Below are positions 37,053-46,181 of a DNA stretch of 64,000 bases, in pieces (within the stretch, counting starts at the first letter, position 1; each line of letters starts with the position of its first letter). The translations under genes and the position numbers were made by a program. The notes below the pieces were generated by a model. The model made no database searches and had not been told where the DNA came from. It was given only the letters and a program-made list of their open reading frames with translations. Origin of the DNA: Klebsiella pneumoniae. GTDB taxonomy: Bacteria > Pseudomonadota > Gammaproteobacteria > Steroidobacterales > Steroidobacteraceae. The stretch spans positions 9,574 to 73,573 of the forward strand of contig CAMCBU010000010.1 in NCBI GenBank assembly GCA_945873095.1. Direction: 5' to 3'.

Positions 37053-37898
37053 CTAGTTTCGAAGTAATTGCAACACCGATTGCGGCAATGAATTCGCCTG
37101 TACGAGCACCGCCGTACCCGACTGCTGCAGAATCTGCAGCCGCGTCAACGAGGCGGTTTCTGCGGCGAAATCGGCATCTCGGATTCGACTGCGCGACGCT
37201 TCGACGTTCTCTGCGGTCACCCGCAGGTTTGAGATCGTCTGCTCAAAGCGGTTCACGACCGCACCCAAGCTGGCGCGCGCGCCGGTGACGGTGGCGAGCG
37301 CAGCATCGATCGCGCCTAATGCATCGGTCGAGATTGCGAGCCCATTCGTGGACACATCGACCCCCGCGATCTTTTTGCTCGCTGTGCCGAGTGAACTCGT
37401 CTGCATATTGCCGACGGTCGATATCGTGATCGTCTCGCCCGCGTTCGGCCCCACTTGGAATACAGCGCCCGAGAAACTGCCGTCAAGCAAGGCGTTGGTG
37501 TTGAACTTGGTCTGCTCAGCCACACGCTGAATCTCTTCTTTCAGCTGAACGATTTCGAGTTGGATGGCCTTTCGATCGTCATCAGTATTGCTGTAGTTCA
37601 ACGCTTGCACGGTCAACTCGCGCATGCGCTGCAAGCTCGACGAAATGCCATCGAGGCCCCCTTCGGCCGTCTGCGCCACCGAGATGCCATCGGCGGCGTT
37701 GCGGATCGCTTGGTTCAAGCCGCGCAGCTGGCTGGTGGCACGCTCGCTGATCGCAAGGCCTGCGGCGTCGTCCTTCGCGCTGTTGATACGAAGACCGGTC
37801 GAGAGACGCTGCAGCGCCGTCGACATGTCGTTCGAGGTCTTCGAGAGAGCCCGCTGTGCAATCAACGCGGCGATATTGGTATTGATGATGGTACTCAT
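37053..37898 (-). CDS. fliC: flagellin, copy C (281 aa)
   Basis: Conserved flagellin termini. Closest to copy F. It starts 23 nt after the stop of the flagellin-like gene D. Confidence 0.95.
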   Translation of the reverse strand: MSTIINTNIAALIAQRALSKTSNDMSTALQRLSTGLRINSAKDDAAGLAISERATSQLRGLNQAIRNAADGISVAQTAEGGLDGISSSLQRMRELTVQALNYSNTDDDRKAIQLEIVQLKEEIQRVAEQTKFNTNALLDGSFSGAVFQVGPNAGETITISTVGNMQTSSLGTASKKIAGVDVSTNGLAISTDALGAIDAALATVTGARASLGAVVNRFEQTISNLRVTAENVEASRSRIRDADFAAETASLTRLQILQQSGTAVLVQANSLPQSVLQLLRN

Positions 37899-37921
37899 GC
37901 TAGTTCCTCTGGCTTATTCGG

Positions 37922-38596
37922 TTACGGTTTGAGTAAGACGAGCGCGCTGCCCGTCTCGGTGCGTGCTTGCGCTGAGAGCGCGGCTTGTGGCCTGCGGCGA
38001 ATGGACTCCGAGATCACATGCACGTTGGTTGACGCCAATGCCGGCGATATCGAGGGCGACCACGCTGCCGCGGCAAGCCGAAGATTCTCGGCCGCTGCTT
38101 CGAGATTCACGAGGATCCCATCGATCTGCTGCCGAAAGTCGAAAAGCGCGTCGTAGGCACGATCGATTGTTCGCTGCGCCGTTAGAGCGTTCAACGGGTT
38201 GGAGAGATCTAGGCTGTCGAGGGCAGCGAATCGCGGTCGTAACAAGTCGACACGCTCCTGCAGAAACACCCGACGCTCGAGCGGTAGATCAGACGCAAGT
38301 GCTTGTGAGACCAGCTCACCGATGTCACCGAGCACATCGTCAACGCCATCCAGCGTTGCGAGCGTCTCCTGCGCTGCGACCAGGTTTTCGCTCAATCGAC
38401 GCCACGTGTCGTCGATTCCCTGATACTGCCACTCGAAAGCACTGGGGGTGGTTGCGCTCTCGTTGTCGTCCGCCGCGTCCCTCGCACCGAGACGCGACGA
38501 CAACTGCCCCATCGCAGCTGACAGCCGACCATCTTGAATCGCGATGCGTCGGGTGACACCCAGTGCGGGTGTATCCGTCTTCACTGAAATAAGCAT
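37922..38596 (-). CDS. highly diverged flagellin-like protein, copy D (224 aa)
   Basis: It aligns by eye with the flagellin N-terminus (MGQLSSRLGARDAADDNES vs [19 protein letters not shown]), with mid-D1 (LDGVDDVLGDIGELVSQAL vs [19 protein letters not shown]) and with the C-terminus (...AENLRLAAA...ALVLLKP). Invariant residues are lost. ATG at 38596 with a GAGGAGG RBS. Confidence 0.7.
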   Translation of the reverse strand: MLISVKTDTPALGVTRRIAIQDGRLSAAMGQLSSRLGARDAADDNESATTPSAFEWQYQGIDDTWRRLSENLVAAQETLATLDGVDDVLGDIGELVSQALASDLPLERRVFLQERVDLLRPRFAALDSLDLSNPLNALTAQRTIDRAYDALFDFRQQIDGILVNLEAAAENLRLAAAAWSPSISPALASTNVHVISESIRRRPQAALSAQARTETGSALVLLKP

Positions 38597-38776
38597 GCAT
38601 GCGCCTCCTCGATTTCTCTTGAGATCGAGGCTAACAGGCGATTTGGAAAACTTAAGGGGTTGCGCCAACCGGACGATCAAAACTGTGACCGAGTACCGAT
38701 ATTTGAGGTCTGGATTCTCAGCACGACTTTTACAGCACTTTAGATCGTCCCAGCGACCACACTGGCCGAGGCCTCG

Positions 38777-38965
38777 TTATTCCCGACGAGTCATTGGCCA
38801 GAACGTGAGGTAACTCGCACGTCCCGCTAAAGATTCACCCGCCTGCTGCATGAGCGGAAGATTGGCGGAACCGATCAAAAGAAACCGACCGGGACGACGC
38901 GAACGATCGATAGTGCGTTTTATCGAGCGTAGCAGCGACGGTTCGCGTCGCGCCGCGTCAAGCAC
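38777..38965 (-). pseudogene. fragment (about 62 codons) of an AAA-ATPase/DUF4143-family gene
   Basis: ...RRPGRFLLIGSANLPLMQQAGESLAGRASYLTFWPMT... matches an internal part of roughly 400-aa ATP-binding (AAA_14/DUF4143) proteins. No N- or C-terminal parts are present. It is embedded in a low-GC patch between flagellin copies. Confidence 0.6.
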
Positions 38966-39024
38966 ATCAAAGTCATCGAGCGTGGCATACGGCGTAAATA
39001 ATTAATTAGACACCCGGACCGACA

Positions 39025-39066
39025 CCGGACGTTGAGCGGGGCCCCAACTCCCCACACAACGTCCGG
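39025..39066 (-). terminator. 3' stem-loop after flagellin copy E (copy of 35993-36034)
   Basis: Same 10-bp stem and loop, at offset +3032. Confidence 0.4.
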
Positions 39067-39082
39067 GCGGATTTTCAGATCG

Positions 39083-39925
39083 TCAACGCAGCAACGAGAG
39101 AACGTTCTGCGGGATGACGTTGGCCTGCGAGAGCACCGCCGTACCCGACTGCTGCAGGATCTGCAGCCGGGTGAGCGCGGCCGTCTCGGCAGCGAAGTCG
39201 GCATCGAGCACACGCGAGCGTGAACCCTCGAGGTTCTCCACCGTCACGCGCAGGTTGTTGATCGTCTGCTCGAAGCGATTCACGACCGCACCCAAGCTCG
39301 CTCGAGCAGAAGTCACTGTGGTAAGTGCCGCATCGATCGCGCCGAGGGCGTCGGTCGACCCAGCGAGCGCCAAGGTCGACACGTCGACGGCCGAGATCTT
39401 GTTGGTAGCCGTTCCGAGCGCAGTTCCGCGCATGTCGGCGATACCCGAGACCGTGATGACTTCGGTACCACCTGCACCCACTTGGAAGTTGGCGCTCGTG
39501 AAGCTGCCGTTCAACAGATCCTTGGTGTTGAACTTCGTCTGCACGGCGACGCGGTCGATCTCCGCCTTCAACTGCGCGACTTCCAACTGGATCGCACTGC
39601 GATCGCCATCGGTGTTGCTGTAGTTCAAGGCCTGCACGGCCAGTTCACGCATACGCTGCAAGCTCTGCGTGATGCCATCCATACCGCCTTCAGCCGTCTG
39701 CGCGAGCGAAATACCATCGCCCGCGTTGCGCACGGCTTGGTTGTAGCCGCGGATCTGCGAGGTCATACGCTCGCTGATCGCGAGCCCCGCCGCATCGTCC
39801 TTGGCACTGTTGATGCGAAGACCCGTCGAGAGGCGCTGTAACGCCGTCGACATCTGGGTCGAAGTCTTCGCCAGGGACCGCTGCGCGATCAGCGCAGGGA
39901 TATTGGTGTTGATCACTGTACTCAT
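39083..39925 (-). CDS. fliC: flagellin, copy E (280 aa)
   Basis: Near-identical paralogue of copy B, including the leader and 3' stem-loop. Confidence 0.96.
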   Translation of the reverse strand: MSTVINTNIPALIAQRSLAKTSTQMSTALQRLSTGLRINSAKDDAAGLAISERMTSQIRGYNQAVRNAGDGISLAQTAEGGMDGITQSLQRMRELAVQALNYSNTDGDRSAIQLEVAQLKAEIDRVAVQTKFNTKDLLNGSFTSANFQVGAGGTEVITVSGIADMRGTALGTATNKISAVDVSTLALAGSTDALGAIDAALTTVTSARASLGAVVNRFEQTINNLRVTVENLEGSRSRVLDADFAAETAALTRLQILQQSGTAVLSQANVIPQNVLSLLR

Positions 39926-40076
39926 TTGCTCTCTCCTAATGCCTTCGGTGCTCTATTGGCACGTCCCGGCACATGATATTTCGCGACGGGGCCATCCTCA
40001 CCCGCCGCAAAACACCAGAGCAATGAGTCAATCCATCACGCTAGGTGAAACGTGACGGAGGTCCGGAACCACTTCG

Positions 40077-40126
40077 AAAAAGCCCGGGGAGTTCACTCGG
40101 GGGAGAGAGCCCGAGTGAGTCCCCGG
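40077..40126 (-). terminator. intrinsic terminator after flagellin copy F
   Basis: The minus strand has a roughly 17-bp GC-rich stem (CCGGGGACTCACTCGGG...CCCGAGTGAACTCCCCGGG, with one mismatch or bulge) followed by C-UUUUU. Confidence 0.75.
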
Positions 40127-40165
40127 CAGTCGCGAAACATCCGGTCATCTAAACAGCAAGAGTCA

Positions 40166-41008
40166 TCAGCGCAGCAGCGACAATACGTTTTGCGGCATGG
40201 CATTCGCCTGGACGAGCACTGCGGTACCCGACTGCTGCAAAATTTGTAGTCGCGTCAATGAAGCAGTTTCCGCAGCGAAATCGGCATCGCGAATTCGACT
40301 ACGCGACGCCTCGACGTTCTCTGCCGTAACCCGCAGGTTCGAAATCGTCTGCTCGAAGCGATTCACGACCGCACCCAAACTGGCGCGGGCACCGGTGACC
40401 GTACCCAGTGCCGCATCGATGGCACCGAGTGCATCCGTCGAGCCTGCCAAGGCAATGGTCGACACGTCGACGTTGGCGATTTTCTTGGTCGCGGTCCCAA
40501 GCGAACTCGTCTGCATGTTGCCGACGGTCGAAATCGTGATGGTCTCACCGGCGTTCGGGCCTACCTGGAACACGGCACCGGAGAAATTGCCATCGAGCAA
40601 AGCGTTGGTGTTGAACTTCGTCTGCACGGCGACGCGCTGGATTTCTTCCTTCAACTGCGCAATTTCCAATTGAATCGCGGATCGATCCGCGTCGGTGTTG
40701 CTGTAGTTCAAAGCCTGCACCGTCAACTCGCGCATACGCTGCAAACTCGAGGAGATGCCATCAAGGCCACCCTCGGCCGTCTGCGCCACCGAGATGCCGT
40801 CGGCGGCGTTGCGGATCGCTTGGTTCAAACCACGCAGCTGGCTGGTGGCGCGCTCGGTGATCGCAAGGCCTGCTGCGTCGTCCTTCGCGCTGTTGATGCG
40901 CAAACCCGTCGAGAGGCGCTGTAAGGCGGTCGACATGTCATTCGAGGTTTTGTAAAGCGATCGCTGCGATATCAAGGCAGCGACGTTGGTATTGATCACG
41001 GTACTCAT
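40166..41008 (-). CDS. fliC: flagellin, copy F (280 aa)
   Basis: Conserved flagellin termini. Closest to copy C. Followed by a strong intrinsic terminator. Confidence 0.96.
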   Translation of the reverse strand: MSTVINTNVAALISQRSLYKTSNDMSTALQRLSTGLRINSAKDDAAGLAITERATSQLRGLNQAIRNAADGISVAQTAEGGLDGISSSLQRMRELTVQALNYSNTDADRSAIQLEIAQLKEEIQRVAVQTKFNTNALLDGNFSGAVFQVGPNAGETITISTVGNMQTSSLGTATKKIANVDVSTIALAGSTDALGAIDAALGTVTGARASLGAVVNRFEQTISNLRVTAENVEASRSRIRDADFAAETASLTRLQILQQSGTAVLVQANAMPQNVLSLLR

Positions 41009-41026
41009 GTTTTTTCTCCTGAAGCC

Positions 41027-41053
41027 TAAAGTCGTTTCGCGACGAGCCGATAA
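41027..41053 (+). promoter_or_regulatory. consensus sigma28 element on the strand opposite to the flagellin genes
   Basis: The plus strand reads TAAAGTCG-N11-GCCGATAA. The -10 is a perfect enteric consensus, the best match in the window. It points away from copy F, toward the antisense of the 75-aa ORF and of copy G. The motif is seen; its function is unproven. Confidence 0.45.
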
Positions 41054-41068
41054 TCCGGAAGGCCTGTA

Positions 41069-41296
41069 TCACGCACAAGGCGCGACAGCGGTCGTCAGCG
41101 CATTTTGTGACGCGGTTCCGTTCAAAGGTCTCGGTTCGTCGGTGTTTGCGCCTTGCGCAATCGCAGCCAAGAGCCTTGGAAAGTGTTGCGCGTGTTGAGG
41201 CCCGAGCAGCGTCAGGCCCTCTCGGAGGGCATCGAGCTGCCGATCGCCTAGCGTCGCTAGGCGATGTCGGATTGGAAAGGGAATGATGGTGGCCAT
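41069..41296 (-). CDS. small hypothetical protein (75 aa) between flagellin copies G and F
   Basis: ATG with a strong RBS (GGAGGAAGC-ATG); N-terminus MATIIPFPIRHR.... No family recognised. Its stop lies 60 nt upstream of the copy F start. Confidence 0.45.
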   Translation of the reverse strand: MATIIPFPIRHRLATLGDRQLDALREGLTLLGPQHAQHFPRLLAAIAQGANTDEPRPLNGTASQNALTTAVAPCA

Positions 41297-41438
41297 GCTT
41301 CCTCCGCAAAAAGTCCGCGGGGAACATAGCAGTCAGCCTTCAAAGCTTGAGCGTCAAAGACGAGTCGGCGTGCGAGAAGCGTGAACCCGTTCCGGAAATG
41401 CCGCGACGCACCACGGAGAAACTCCGTGATGCGTGCGG

Positions 41439-41481
41439 CCGGGAGGACATCGACGTTGTCGCGGCGCCGAGTCCTCCTCGG
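41439..41481 (-). terminator. 3' stem-loop after flagellin copy G
   Basis: The arms CCGAGGAGGAC/GTCCTCCCGG pair with one bulge. The loop shares GGCGCCGCGACAACGT with the loop of the copy A 3' hairpin. A second 7-bp hairpin lies at 41412-41428. Confidence 0.4.
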
Positions 41482-41511
41482 ATTTCGAGGGATGGTGAAC
41501 CGTGGTCTAGA

Positions 41512-42339
41512 TCAGCCTCTGAGCAGGCCGAGCACTCCCTGCGGAATCGCGTTAGCCTGCGACAGGACGGCCGTACCCGACTGCTGCAAGATCTGCAGAC
41601 GAGTCAACGAGGCCGTTTCGGCGGCGAAATCGGCATCCTGAATGCGGGAACGCGCAGCCGTGATGTTTTCCACCGTGACCCGCAAATTATTGATCGTCTG
41701 TTCGAAGCGATTGATCGATGCACCGAGTTCGGCACGCTCAGTGGTCACCGTGGTGACGGCCGTGTCGAACAAGGCCAAAGCGGCCGTCGCGCCGGCTTGG
41801 GTCGAGACGTTGACGGCGTTAATGCCAAGCGCGGTGGCGTCCAAGTCGGCAATTCCGCCCACTGCGATGACTTCCAACGCATTCGCACCGACCTGAAAGT
41901 TGCCGCCGGCTGCGAAGTCGCCGTTCAGTAGCGCCTTGCCGTTGAACTTGGTTTGCAAGGCAACGCGATCGACTTCCGACAACAGCTGCGAAACCTCCGC
42001 CTGGATCGCGGTTCGATCCGCGTCGGTGTTACTGTAGTTGGCTGCCTGCACCGCAAGCTCTCGCATACGCTGCAAGCTGCTGGTGAGCGCCTCGATGCCG
42101 CCTTCGGCGGTCTGCGCGAGCGAAATACCGTCACCCGCGTTGCGGATGGCCTGGTTATAACCGCGCACCTGAGCCGTCAAGCGCTCCGAGATCGCCAGAC
42201 CCGCTGCGTCGTCTTTCGCACTATTGATGCGCAGACCCGAACTCAACCGCTGCAGTGCTGTCGACATCTCGCTCGAGGTTCGCGCAAGCGCGCGCTGCGC
42301 CGTCAGTGACGCAAGATTGGTGTTGACTATCGTGGACAT
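41512..42339 (-). CDS. fliC: flagellin, copy G (275 aa)
   Basis: Conserved flagellin termini. Closest to copy A. A consensus-like sigma28 promoter lies upstream. Confidence 0.96.
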   Translation of the reverse strand: MSTIVNTNLASLTAQRALARTSSEMSTALQRLSSGLRINSAKDDAAGLAISERLTAQVRGYNQAIRNAGDGISLAQTAEGGIEALTSSLQRMRELAVQAANYSNTDADRTAIQAEVSQLLSEVDRVALQTKFNGKALLNGDFAAGGNFQVGANALEVIAVGGIADLDATALGINAVNVSTQAGATAALALFDTAVTTVTTERAELGASINRFEQTINNLRVTVENITAARSRIQDADFAAETASLTRLQILQQSGTAVLSQANAIPQGVLGLLRG

Positions 42340-42406
42340 GGTCAGACTCCTGTTCGTTGGGGTATGAAGCCAAGGCCAACTCGCATCGGCCTCGCCCTCA
42401 CCTGCT

Positions 42407-42433
42407 GTAACGGAGTTCGGTGGAGAAACTTTA
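42407..42433 (-). promoter_or_regulatory. sigma28 promoter of flagellin copy G
   Basis: The minus strand reads TAAAGTTT-N11-TCCGTTAC. The -35 element contains the flgL TAA stop codon. Confidence 0.7.
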
Positions 42434-43654
42434 GAGGTAGTCGAACAGGGTGCGAGTCGTCGCGCGACCGTACGCCTGTTGCGCCACCTGCAGCGCCGTC
42501 ATCTGCGCCTGTAACTTGGCGACGGACTCGGCGTAGTTCGTATCACGCAGCGTCGAGAGCATCTCCTGCGCCACGACCTTTTGATCGGTGCGGAATTGAT
42601 CGACGTTCTCGAGTACCGTAAGACGAGCGCCAATGTCCGAACGGGCGACGTTGGCGGCGTTAATGGCCTGATCCAGCTGAACGAGGATCCGACTGATCTC
42701 GGTACTCAGTCTTGCCTTCTGCGCGCCACTGCCGAGCGGCTCACGCAGCATTTGCGAAAAACGATCGAGTGTCGTGAAGACGTCCTCTGTTTCCGCCGAC
42801 TCGACCACAAAGGTATCACCGGCTAGCCCACCGCCGGAGAGTCGTACGCGTGCCCCTTCGAAGCTGATCTGCTCGCCAGCCTTGTAGCTGCCATTCGCAA
42901 CGAGAGCGCCCGTCCCAGTATTTTCTCGAACCTCGAAACGCAAGCCGTTCGGTGTGTCGTCCACGAGACTGATGACGAATCGCTCCGCCGTGTTGGACTC
43001 CCACTCGGCCAGATCGGCCACTTGGCCAACGTCGATGAAGGCACTACCGGTGTTATTCACCCCGACCGACGTGACAAACGCGCCGTTGCCCTCGGGAATC
43101 TCAGTGAAAATACGCGAACCGGCGTAACCGTCACCTACGCGGGACGACTCGGCGACCCTGATCTGCCGTATGGATTCGTTCCCCTGATAAATGACTTGGC
43201 CGCCCGACTCGACGAACGGCTGTACCGTCACGTTGGTGCCGGCGAAGAGAGACTCGCCCAGCGCGTCTTGCGTATTGGCGAGACCGAGCAACTGCGCACG
43301 CAGCGAGTCGAGTTCCGCTGCCACGACGGCCTGCGAAAACGGCTCGACACCGTCGTTGTTGGACATGACGGCCAGTTCTCGCGCGCGCTGCAACAGATCA
43401 ATCGACGAGGTCAGTACCGTCTCGCCGAGACCGAGCCGATAGTTCAGAACTTGCGAGCTTTTTTCATAACGCTCGGCGTGCGCGACGCTGCGCTCGAGAT
43501 TTTTGATGTTCGCAATCTGCTCGGGGTCGTCGATTTGGCGTCGCCCACTGGCGACCTCTTCCTGTGTCTTTGCAATTTCCGCCTGCTGGCGTCGCATCTG
43601 CGACACCAGCGACAGCTGCAAATTCACCTGTGAAATCCGACCTGTTGAACTCAT
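42431..43654 (-). CDS. flgL: hook-filament junction protein FlgL
   Basis: 407 aa with flagellin-like termini. Follows flgK. Confidence 0.93.
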   Translation of the reverse strand: MSSTGRISQVNLQLSLVSQMRRQQAEIAKTQEEVASGRRQIDDPEQIANIKNLERSVAHAERYEKSSQVLNYRLGLGETVLTSSIDLLQRARELAVMSNNDGVEPFSQAVVAAELDSLRAQLLGLANTQDALGESLFAGTNVTVQPFVESGGQVIYQGNESIRQIRVAESSRVGDGYAGSRIFTEIPEGNGAFVTSVGVNNTGSAFIDVGQVADLAEWESNTAERFVISLVDDTPNGLRFEVRENTGTGALVANGSYKAGEQISFEGARVRLSGGGLAGDTFVVESAETEDVFTTLDRFSQMLREPLGSGAQKARLSTEISRILVQLDQAINAANVARSDIGARLTVLENVDQFRTDQKVVAQEMLSTLRDTNYAESVAKLQAQMTALQVAQQAYGRATTRTLFDYL

Positions 43655-43666
43655 GACATCTGTCCT

Positions 43667-45304
43667 TTAGCGAGCCGCATCGAGTAGGGAATCGAACAAC
43701 TCGTTGGCGATACGGATGACTTGTGCCGAGGCTTGATAGGCCTGCTGGTAGCGCAAGAGTTCGGCAGCCTCCTCATCCAAATTGACGCCGTAACGGTCTC
43801 CGAACTCGCTGCGTGCCTCGATCGCCGCCTGCTGCTGCACATCACGAGCGAGCGTGGCGGCATCGCGTGCACTGGCGATGCGCGTCGTCAGACGCAGTGA
43901 CATCTCGGTGATTGAACGGGTGTTGGCCTCGAGCAGCTTATCGTCGAAGGCAGCCGCTAAACTGACCGCATTTTGATTGTTACCTGCCGCCGTGTTGCGT
44001 GCGGCCGCGGCGAGTTCACGACCGCTCGTGATGGCCACCGCGATGCCGTCGATCAAGCTGCGGGTCGGACGAATCAAGAAACTGTCGCCCGTCGCCGCGG
44101 CACCGCTGTTGGTCGTCAGCTTGATCCCATCGAACACCCAAGGATCGGCCACCGTGCCGCTACCCGTCGGCGTGATGATGGTCTCGTCAGCGAGTCGACG
44201 AATCGTCCAAGACGAAGCGCCGCGCTCGAGGAGATAGTCACTCGAGGTCAACTCCCGCGCGTCATTCAAAGCCACACTCAGACTTGCCGAACCCGTATTG
44301 GAACTCGCGGCTCGAAGCGCCGGCACGCCGATCGTGAACAGCGCCAGTCCGGGATCACCGTCACCGTCGTCACCCGCGGCGTTACGCGCGTTGAGCGTTG
44401 CTACGACGGAGGCGGCTAAGCGCCCGAGCTCATTCCGGGTATTCTCGACCAGTTGCGCGCGCGTATCGAGAAGACCGCCGATGACGCCACCTTGCATCTC
44501 GCGACTGACATCGGTGGAGGCGGGACCGACCTGTAAGACGATGCGCCCTCGGGTGGGTTCGCGCGGATCGTTGACGCGAGCCAGAGTCGCCGCTGAGGTA
44601 CCGTTGACCAACAACACGCCGCTCGTCGTGGTGATCGAAGAACTACCGTCGCGGCGCTCATTGACGCGTATGCCAATCTTGTCAGCCAGCTCATTCGTGG
44701 CGCGATCACGTGCGTCGAGCAGCGAGGGCGTCACCGCGCGTCCGCCGACACTTTGACGCGCAATCTCGGTGTTCAGCGCGGCGATCTGCTGGGTGAGCGC
44801 GTTAACTCGCGACACCTCTTCGGTCAGCCGCGCCTCGATTTCGAATTCGAACTCCGATAAGCGCGCATCCATGGTTTTGAAGCGATCGATCGTCGTTTGC
44901 AATCGCGCGAAGACCTCCTCGCGGATGATCGTGGAGGTCGGCTCGGTCGCGAGCGCTTCAAAGCTGTTGCGTAATTCGCGCAGGGTTTCGTCGAGCCCGT
45001 AATCGGCACTCGCAACTAGCCCCACGATCTGATCGGCTTTCTCCGCCATCAACTCGGAACGTGTGGCAGCGGATTGGCTGCTGCGGCCTTGCTCGAGCAG
45101 GTAGTTGTTCACGTCGCGCCGAATCTGCGCGATCGACACGCCTGCAGAGCCCGCCAAGACACTCGAGTTCCCCTGGGCGATCAACTCCACGCGCTGGCGC
45201 ACGTAGCCCTCCGTGTTCACATTCGCGATATTCTGCGAATGCACATTGATGGCGCGCTGATACGCCAACAGCCCCGAGAGACCCGTGGAGAGTGCGCTAC
45301 TCAC
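43667..45304 (-). CDS. flgK: hook-filament junction protein FlgK
   Basis: 545 aa. N-terminus MSSALSTGLSGLLAYQRAINVHSQNIANVNTEGY; C-terminus LLRYQQAYQASAQVI. Confidence 0.95.
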   Translation of the reverse strand: MSSALSTGLSGLLAYQRAINVHSQNIANVNTEGYVRQRVELIAQGNSSVLAGSAGVSIAQIRRDVNNYLLEQGRSSQSAATRSELMAEKADQIVGLVASADYGLDETLRELRNSFEALATEPTSTIIREEVFARLQTTIDRFKTMDARLSEFEFEIEARLTEEVSRVNALTQQIAALNTEIARQSVGGRAVTPSLLDARDRATNELADKIGIRVNERRDGSSSITTTSGVLLVNGTSAATLARVNDPREPTRGRIVLQVGPASTDVSREMQGGVIGGLLDTRAQLVENTRNELGRLAASVVATLNARNAAGDDGDGDPGLALFTIGVPALRAASSNTGSASLSVALNDARELTSSDYLLERGASSWTIRRLADETIITPTGSGTVADPWVFDGIKLTTNSGAAATGDSFLIRPTRSLIDGIAVAITSGRELAAAARNTAAGNNQNAVSLAAAFDDKLLEANTRSITEMSLRLTTRIASARDAATLARDVQQQAAIEARSEFGDRYGVNLDEEAAELLRYQQAYQASAQVIRIANELFDSLLDAAR

Positions 45305-46176
45305 GTGTCACGCCCCGCGAGCAACTGATCGACCACCTCGGCAACGGCCTCGAGCTTTTGCGCATATCGAGGGTCGGTGGCATAGCCACCTCGCTGCAAT
45401 GCCGCCCCATAGGCGGCGATGTCGTCACCGGTACCGCGCACTGCGCTGTAGCGCGGGCTGACGGCGAGTAGTCGTGCGTGATCAGCGATGCTCTCGGCTG
45501 GGCTGCCGTACGCGCGAAACGCTGCCACTTGCTGCTGCGGCGCTCCGTTGACGAACTCTGTCGTGAGTTGCTCTACGCGAGGTCCGCTCCAACGCTCGCT
45601 CGCTTTAATGCCGAATAAGTTATGACTACTGCGCCCGTCCGCGGCGCGCGGCACGGACCGACCCCAACCCGTCTCGAGTGCGGCCTGCGCCAACACCGCC
45701 CTCGTCGAGACCCCGAGTGTGGCAGCTGCCTGTCGCGCAGCCGGCAGGATCGATTCGAGGAAGGCTTCACGTGAGCCCGGCTTCAGGGAACCCACGTCGA
45801 GGCTCGCTCCGTCAACGACCGACGTCGTCGCCGAGCTACTGGTCGTTGATGGCGCGGTCGTTGATCGGCCGCTACGCTGCAGTTGCGCGAGCAACATCTC
45901 GGCGATCCCGATGCCTTGACCCTGCGACATCTCGAGCGCGATTTGATCATCGAACATCGACTGATACATATCGCCGGCGGAGCTACCGAAGAGGTCTTCA
46001 CCGAGGCGCGCATCGCGCATGCTTTGCAGCATCATCTTGGTAAAGATCGTCTCGAACTGCTTGGCCGTCGCACGCAGTGCGTCAGGGTCCTGCGCTCTGG
46101 CCTGCGCTCTTAAATTATTGAGCCCCTGAACGTCGGTGTATTGGCTCGGCCCGATGGCATCGAAGGTCATGAGCAA
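45301..46176 (-). CDS. flgJ: flagellar rod-assembly protein / peptidoglycan hydrolase FlgJ
   Basis: N-terminal rod-binding motif KQFETIFTKMMLQSMR and a C-terminal glucosaminidase-like domain (...HNLFGIKA...YATDPRYAQKL). Confidence 0.92.
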   Translation of the reverse strand: MLMTFDAIGPSQYTDVQGLNNLRAQARAQDPDALRATAKQFETIFTKMMLQSMRDARLGEDLFGSSAGDMYQSMFDDQIALEMSQGQGIGIAEMLLAQLQRSGRSTTAPSTTSSSATTSVVDGASLDVGSLKPGSREAFLESILPAARQAAATLGVSTRAVLAQAALETGWGRSVPRAADGRSSHNLFGIKASERWSGPRVEQLTTEFVNGAPQQQVAAFRAYGSPAESIADHARLLAVSPRYSAVRGTGDDIAAYGAALQRGGYATDPRYAQKLEAVAEVVDQLLAGRDT

Positions 46177-46181
46177 GCTCC

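Larger units (their letters stand above)
39014..40044 (-). repeat. about 1.03-kb direct repeat, copy 2 (flagellin E plus its leader and 3' stem-loop)
   Basis: See 35982-37012. The left boundary is sharp (it abuts the AT-rich TAAATAATTAATTAGA). The right boundary decays into the older C/F-level similarity. Confidence 0.9.

Noticed and set aside
37899-37921. CCGAATAA, a sigma28 -10-like sequence, in the 23-nt spacer before flagellin C.
   Set aside because: It is only 15 nt from the ATG with no -35 element. Copy C is more simply explained as co-transcribed with gene D.
38715-38742. TAAAGTGC-N12-GCTGAGAA, a candidate sigma28 promoter for the flagellin-like gene D.
   Set aside because: The spacer is 12 instead of 11 nt and the -10 matches only 6/8. 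This is not strong enough to list as a feature, so it is mentioned only in the scar finding.
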